Source: Candidatus Latescibacterota bacterium (GTDB lineage: Bacteria > Latescibacterota > CBDEFO01). Taken from it: a DNA stretch of 64,000 bases. The stretch is from NCBI GenBank assembly GCA_965237525.1, contig CBDEFO010000004.1, forward strand, positions 1 to 64,000. Reading direction: 5' to 3'. Below, piece by piece: positions 61,814 through 64,000 of the stretch; position 1 is the first letter of the stretch; each line of letters begins with the position of its first letter. The position numbers were made by a program, and so were the translations under genes. The notes beneath the pieces are model-generated. The model searched no databases. It saw only the letters and a program-made list of their open reading frames with translations, and had not been told where the DNA came from.

Positions 61814-64000
61814 TCAGATGTTCTGCGTGCAGTCGCAGACTGGCCAATTTGAACAACCCAGGAACGGTCCGTGCTTTCCGCTTTTCGCTTGGAGCCATCC
61901 GTTGTCGCATTTCGGACATCCCTGGACGGACCGGCCACAGTCGGGGCAATGGAAACTACCGTTGGCCTTGGCCAGCAGTCCCGTGCCGCAGTGGGGACAG
62001 GCGGACTGTGTGTACTCGCAGTACGGATAGTGCGAGCAGCCGTAGAACGTGCCCCGGTCCCGAGCCTTTTCTCTACGCTCAAGGCGTCCGTGTATGCATT
62101 CGGGGCAGGGGACTTCCCTTCCCGGCAGCCGACCGAAAACGGTGACACCATAGCCGTCCTTTATTAACTCCATGACGAATGAGGAAGGCCACCTGCCGTC
62201 CGCCAAGGGAAAGACGCGACGCTTGGCGCGGGTGATGGCGACATAGAGCAGGCGCCGCTCTTCCGCGTTCGGATGCCCTTCGGGCGCCGCGAGGACGAGA
62301 TCAAGCAGCGGGTCATCGGCGATCTCGGCGGGGAAGCCATATTTTCCGGAGCACAGGCCGAGCACTACAGCGTAATCGGCTTCGAGCCCTTTTGAACCGT
62401 GCACGGTCATGTACGAGAGCCGTAGATTGGGATGTTCCCTCTCCAGCTCGACCATGTTCTCCGGCTTCAAGTGGTTGTACCGGCCCAGCAGCAAGACAGT
62501 GGACGTTCCGTCGTTCGTAGCCGCGTCAGCGCCGATTGCTTTCAGTGCCTCCCTCAAAAGACCGGGGTATTCCTCTCCGGGAAGGCCAACATGCACACAA
62601 GGCCCATCCGTCTGGTGTATGGAGGAGACATTCTTGCGAATCTGCGTGGGGTTGCTGAGGACGAATTTAGTTGAAACGGCGGCGATGCTGTCGGCACACC
62701 GGAATGTCGTCTCCAGGTTGATGTGCTCGCTCTCGCCGAAGCGCTCCCGGAACTCTCGCATGATCGCGATGTCCGAGCCGGTAAATCGGTAGATTGCCTG
62801 CCAATCGTCACCGACGGCGAACAGTTGGGCGGTCTTGGACGTGTCCAGCAACGCCTTCAGCAGTCGTGCTCTCCCTGGCGAGATGTCCTGAAACTCGTCG
62901 ACTAGGATGTATCCGAACGGGGAGCTGTAGCGTCCGCTCTCCACGTGTTCCGTAGCTTTGCTAATCATGTCGTGAAAGTCGATCCGCCCCAGTCGGGTGA
63001 GTGCTTCCTGGTAGCGCTCGAAGATCGGCTGGAATACGGTAACGAACGCCTCCGCTCGCGGGCGGTTGGGAGCTTTCGCGGCCCGTCGGGCTACGTCATG
63101 GACGGAGAGCTGAGCCCCTTTGTAGTGCTGAAGGAAGGTCGCAACCAAACGGGTGAACGAATCCCTTTGACCTTGCTGTTGTAGGAGGGCAAGGATGTCC
63201 TCACGCGATAGCGGAGATAGCGTCACGTCATGGTCAGCCAATTTCGTGGCCAAGTTCTCGGTCAACTTGTCGACGGCCTTTTCGTGGCTGAAGGTTTCAA
63301 TAAGGACGGTGCCATGTTCAGCATGGAGCCGCCGCTTCCAGTCCATCGACTTGAGATACTTCTCGCGGTCTATGAATGGAGGCGTATTGCCCGAAGCAGA
63401 GAGTGCGAAATGTTCGATGTAAATCCCGGCGTCTAGCAGGTAGAAGTCGGGCTCGTATTGCCGTTTCTCGGGCGTGGCCGTTTCGTGCTCGTAGAAGCGT
63501 TCGTATTCGTAGCGCACACCGGCCAGGTAGAGAAAGTTGGCGATTTCGCATTCCTCGAAGCTCTTGAGCTTCTCGCCTTTTAACGAGCGGATCTCGTTTT
63601 TCTGCATGTAGTCCCAGTACTCGCCTTGGGTTCGAAAGTCGTGCTCTCTTTGGTAAGGAGCAAAGTACTCCTGGAAGTACGTCTGCATCACCTTGGAGAA
63701 TTGCGGGTCGACGATCAGGTCGTCGATGATGCGCTTTAGGAGGTCGATCAGGGCCTTGTGGTCCTCGGCTACCTTGGCTAGTGCCGGGCGCTTGCCCTCC
63801 GCTTCGCCGATGATGGACATACCCAAGCTGTGAAAAGTTCGAACGGTGAGATGGCTCCCCGTCTCATCGCCAAGGCGGCTGCGGACCCTCTTCTCCATCT
63901 CCCTCTGGGCGTCTTTCGCGAATGCCAGCAGCAGCAGTTCTGGCGGACGTCGATAACGTTTGCGGATCAGCCAGCCAGCCTTGGCCACGATCACGGAGGT
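61814..64000 (-). CDS. UvrD/helicase IV-like SF1 helicase with C-terminal topoisomerase-type zinc ribbons (5'-partial)
   Basis: TFHSLG, LVDEFQD, VGDDWQAIYRF, TVHGSKGLE, EERRLLYVAITRAK and GCS.YP.C repeats; internal PDF..IEH nuclease-like insert. Confidence 0.85.
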   Translation of the reverse strand, partial: TSVIVAKAGWLIRKRYRRPPELLLLAFAKDAQREMEKRVRSRLGDETGSHLTVRTFHSLGMSIIGEAEGKRPALAKVAEDHKALIDLLKRIIDDLIVDPQFSKVMQTYFQEYFAPYQREHDFRTQGEYWDYMQKNEIRSLKGEKLKSFEECEIANFLYLAGVRYEYERFYEHETATPEKRQYEPDFYLLDAGIYIEHFALSASGNTPPFIDREKYLKSMDWKRRLHAEHGTVLIETFSHEKAVDKLTENLATKLADHDVTLSPLSREDILALLQQQGQRDSFTRLVATFLQHYKGAQLSVHDVARRAAKAPNRPRAEAFVTVFQPIFERYQEALTRLGRIDFHDMISKATEHVESGRYSSPFGYILVDEFQDISPGRARLLKALLDTSKTAQLFAVGDDWQAIYRFTGSDIAIMREFRERFGESEHINLETTFRCADSIAAVSTKFVLSNPTQIRKNVSSIHQTDGPCVHVGLPGEEYPGLLREALKAIGADAATNDGTSTVLLLGRYNHLKPENMVELEREHPNLRLSYMTVHGSKGLEADYAVVLGLCSGKYGFPAEIADDPLLDLVLAAPEGHPNAEERRLLYVAITRAKRRVFPLADGRWPSSFVMELIKDGYGVTVFGRLPGREVPCPECIHGRLERREKARDRGTFYGCSHYPYCEYTQSACPHCGTGLLAKANGSFHCPDCGRSVQGCPKCDNGWLQAKSGKHGPFLGCSNWPVCDCTQNI

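Noticed and set aside
1..64000. tRNA, rRNA or integrase marking island boundaries
   Set aside because: None was recognised by eye; a covariance-model search would be needed to exclude small RNAs.

Overview
Bacterial chromosomal window with a moderate-GC backbone (about 16.8-56.3 kb) between two visibly GC-richer accessory blocks (GC judged by eye). The backbone carries aspS, rpe, ThiT, a MetE-like/acyl-CoA operon, a Tes-like radical SAM, 42-aa TPR proteins and a heparinase with an EF-hand/dockerin-like tail; a Latescibacterota-like host is only an inference. 1-16.5 kb is a defence island. It holds a ubiquitin-like conjugation operon (Ubl ending in Gly, Cys-less E2, JAB-E1 fusion) that the ORF track breaks up because of single-base frameshifts, a mini GIY-YIG plus orphan HigA pair, and a SNF2 helicase-DUF1156 methylase-DUF499 ATPase (BREX-related) operon with a complete Sir2-HerA pair nested inside it. 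The backbone has three IS1182-family copies, two IS3-family copies, a probable UGA-Sec DUF3179 selenoprotein and a duplicated TPR-peptidase unit with hypervariable repeat positions. At least 11 copies of a ~21-nt palindrome (CCCCGATAGAHTCAATCGGGG) sit in genes, in other REPs, in IS3 orfB and inside each other. The right block has an IS1595 carrying a methyltransferase-HNH passenger gene, IS6 and TonB-receptor remnants, and a helicase IV-like gene. No rRNA, tRNA or CRISPR array was seen. Family calls come from motif recognition, not database searches.
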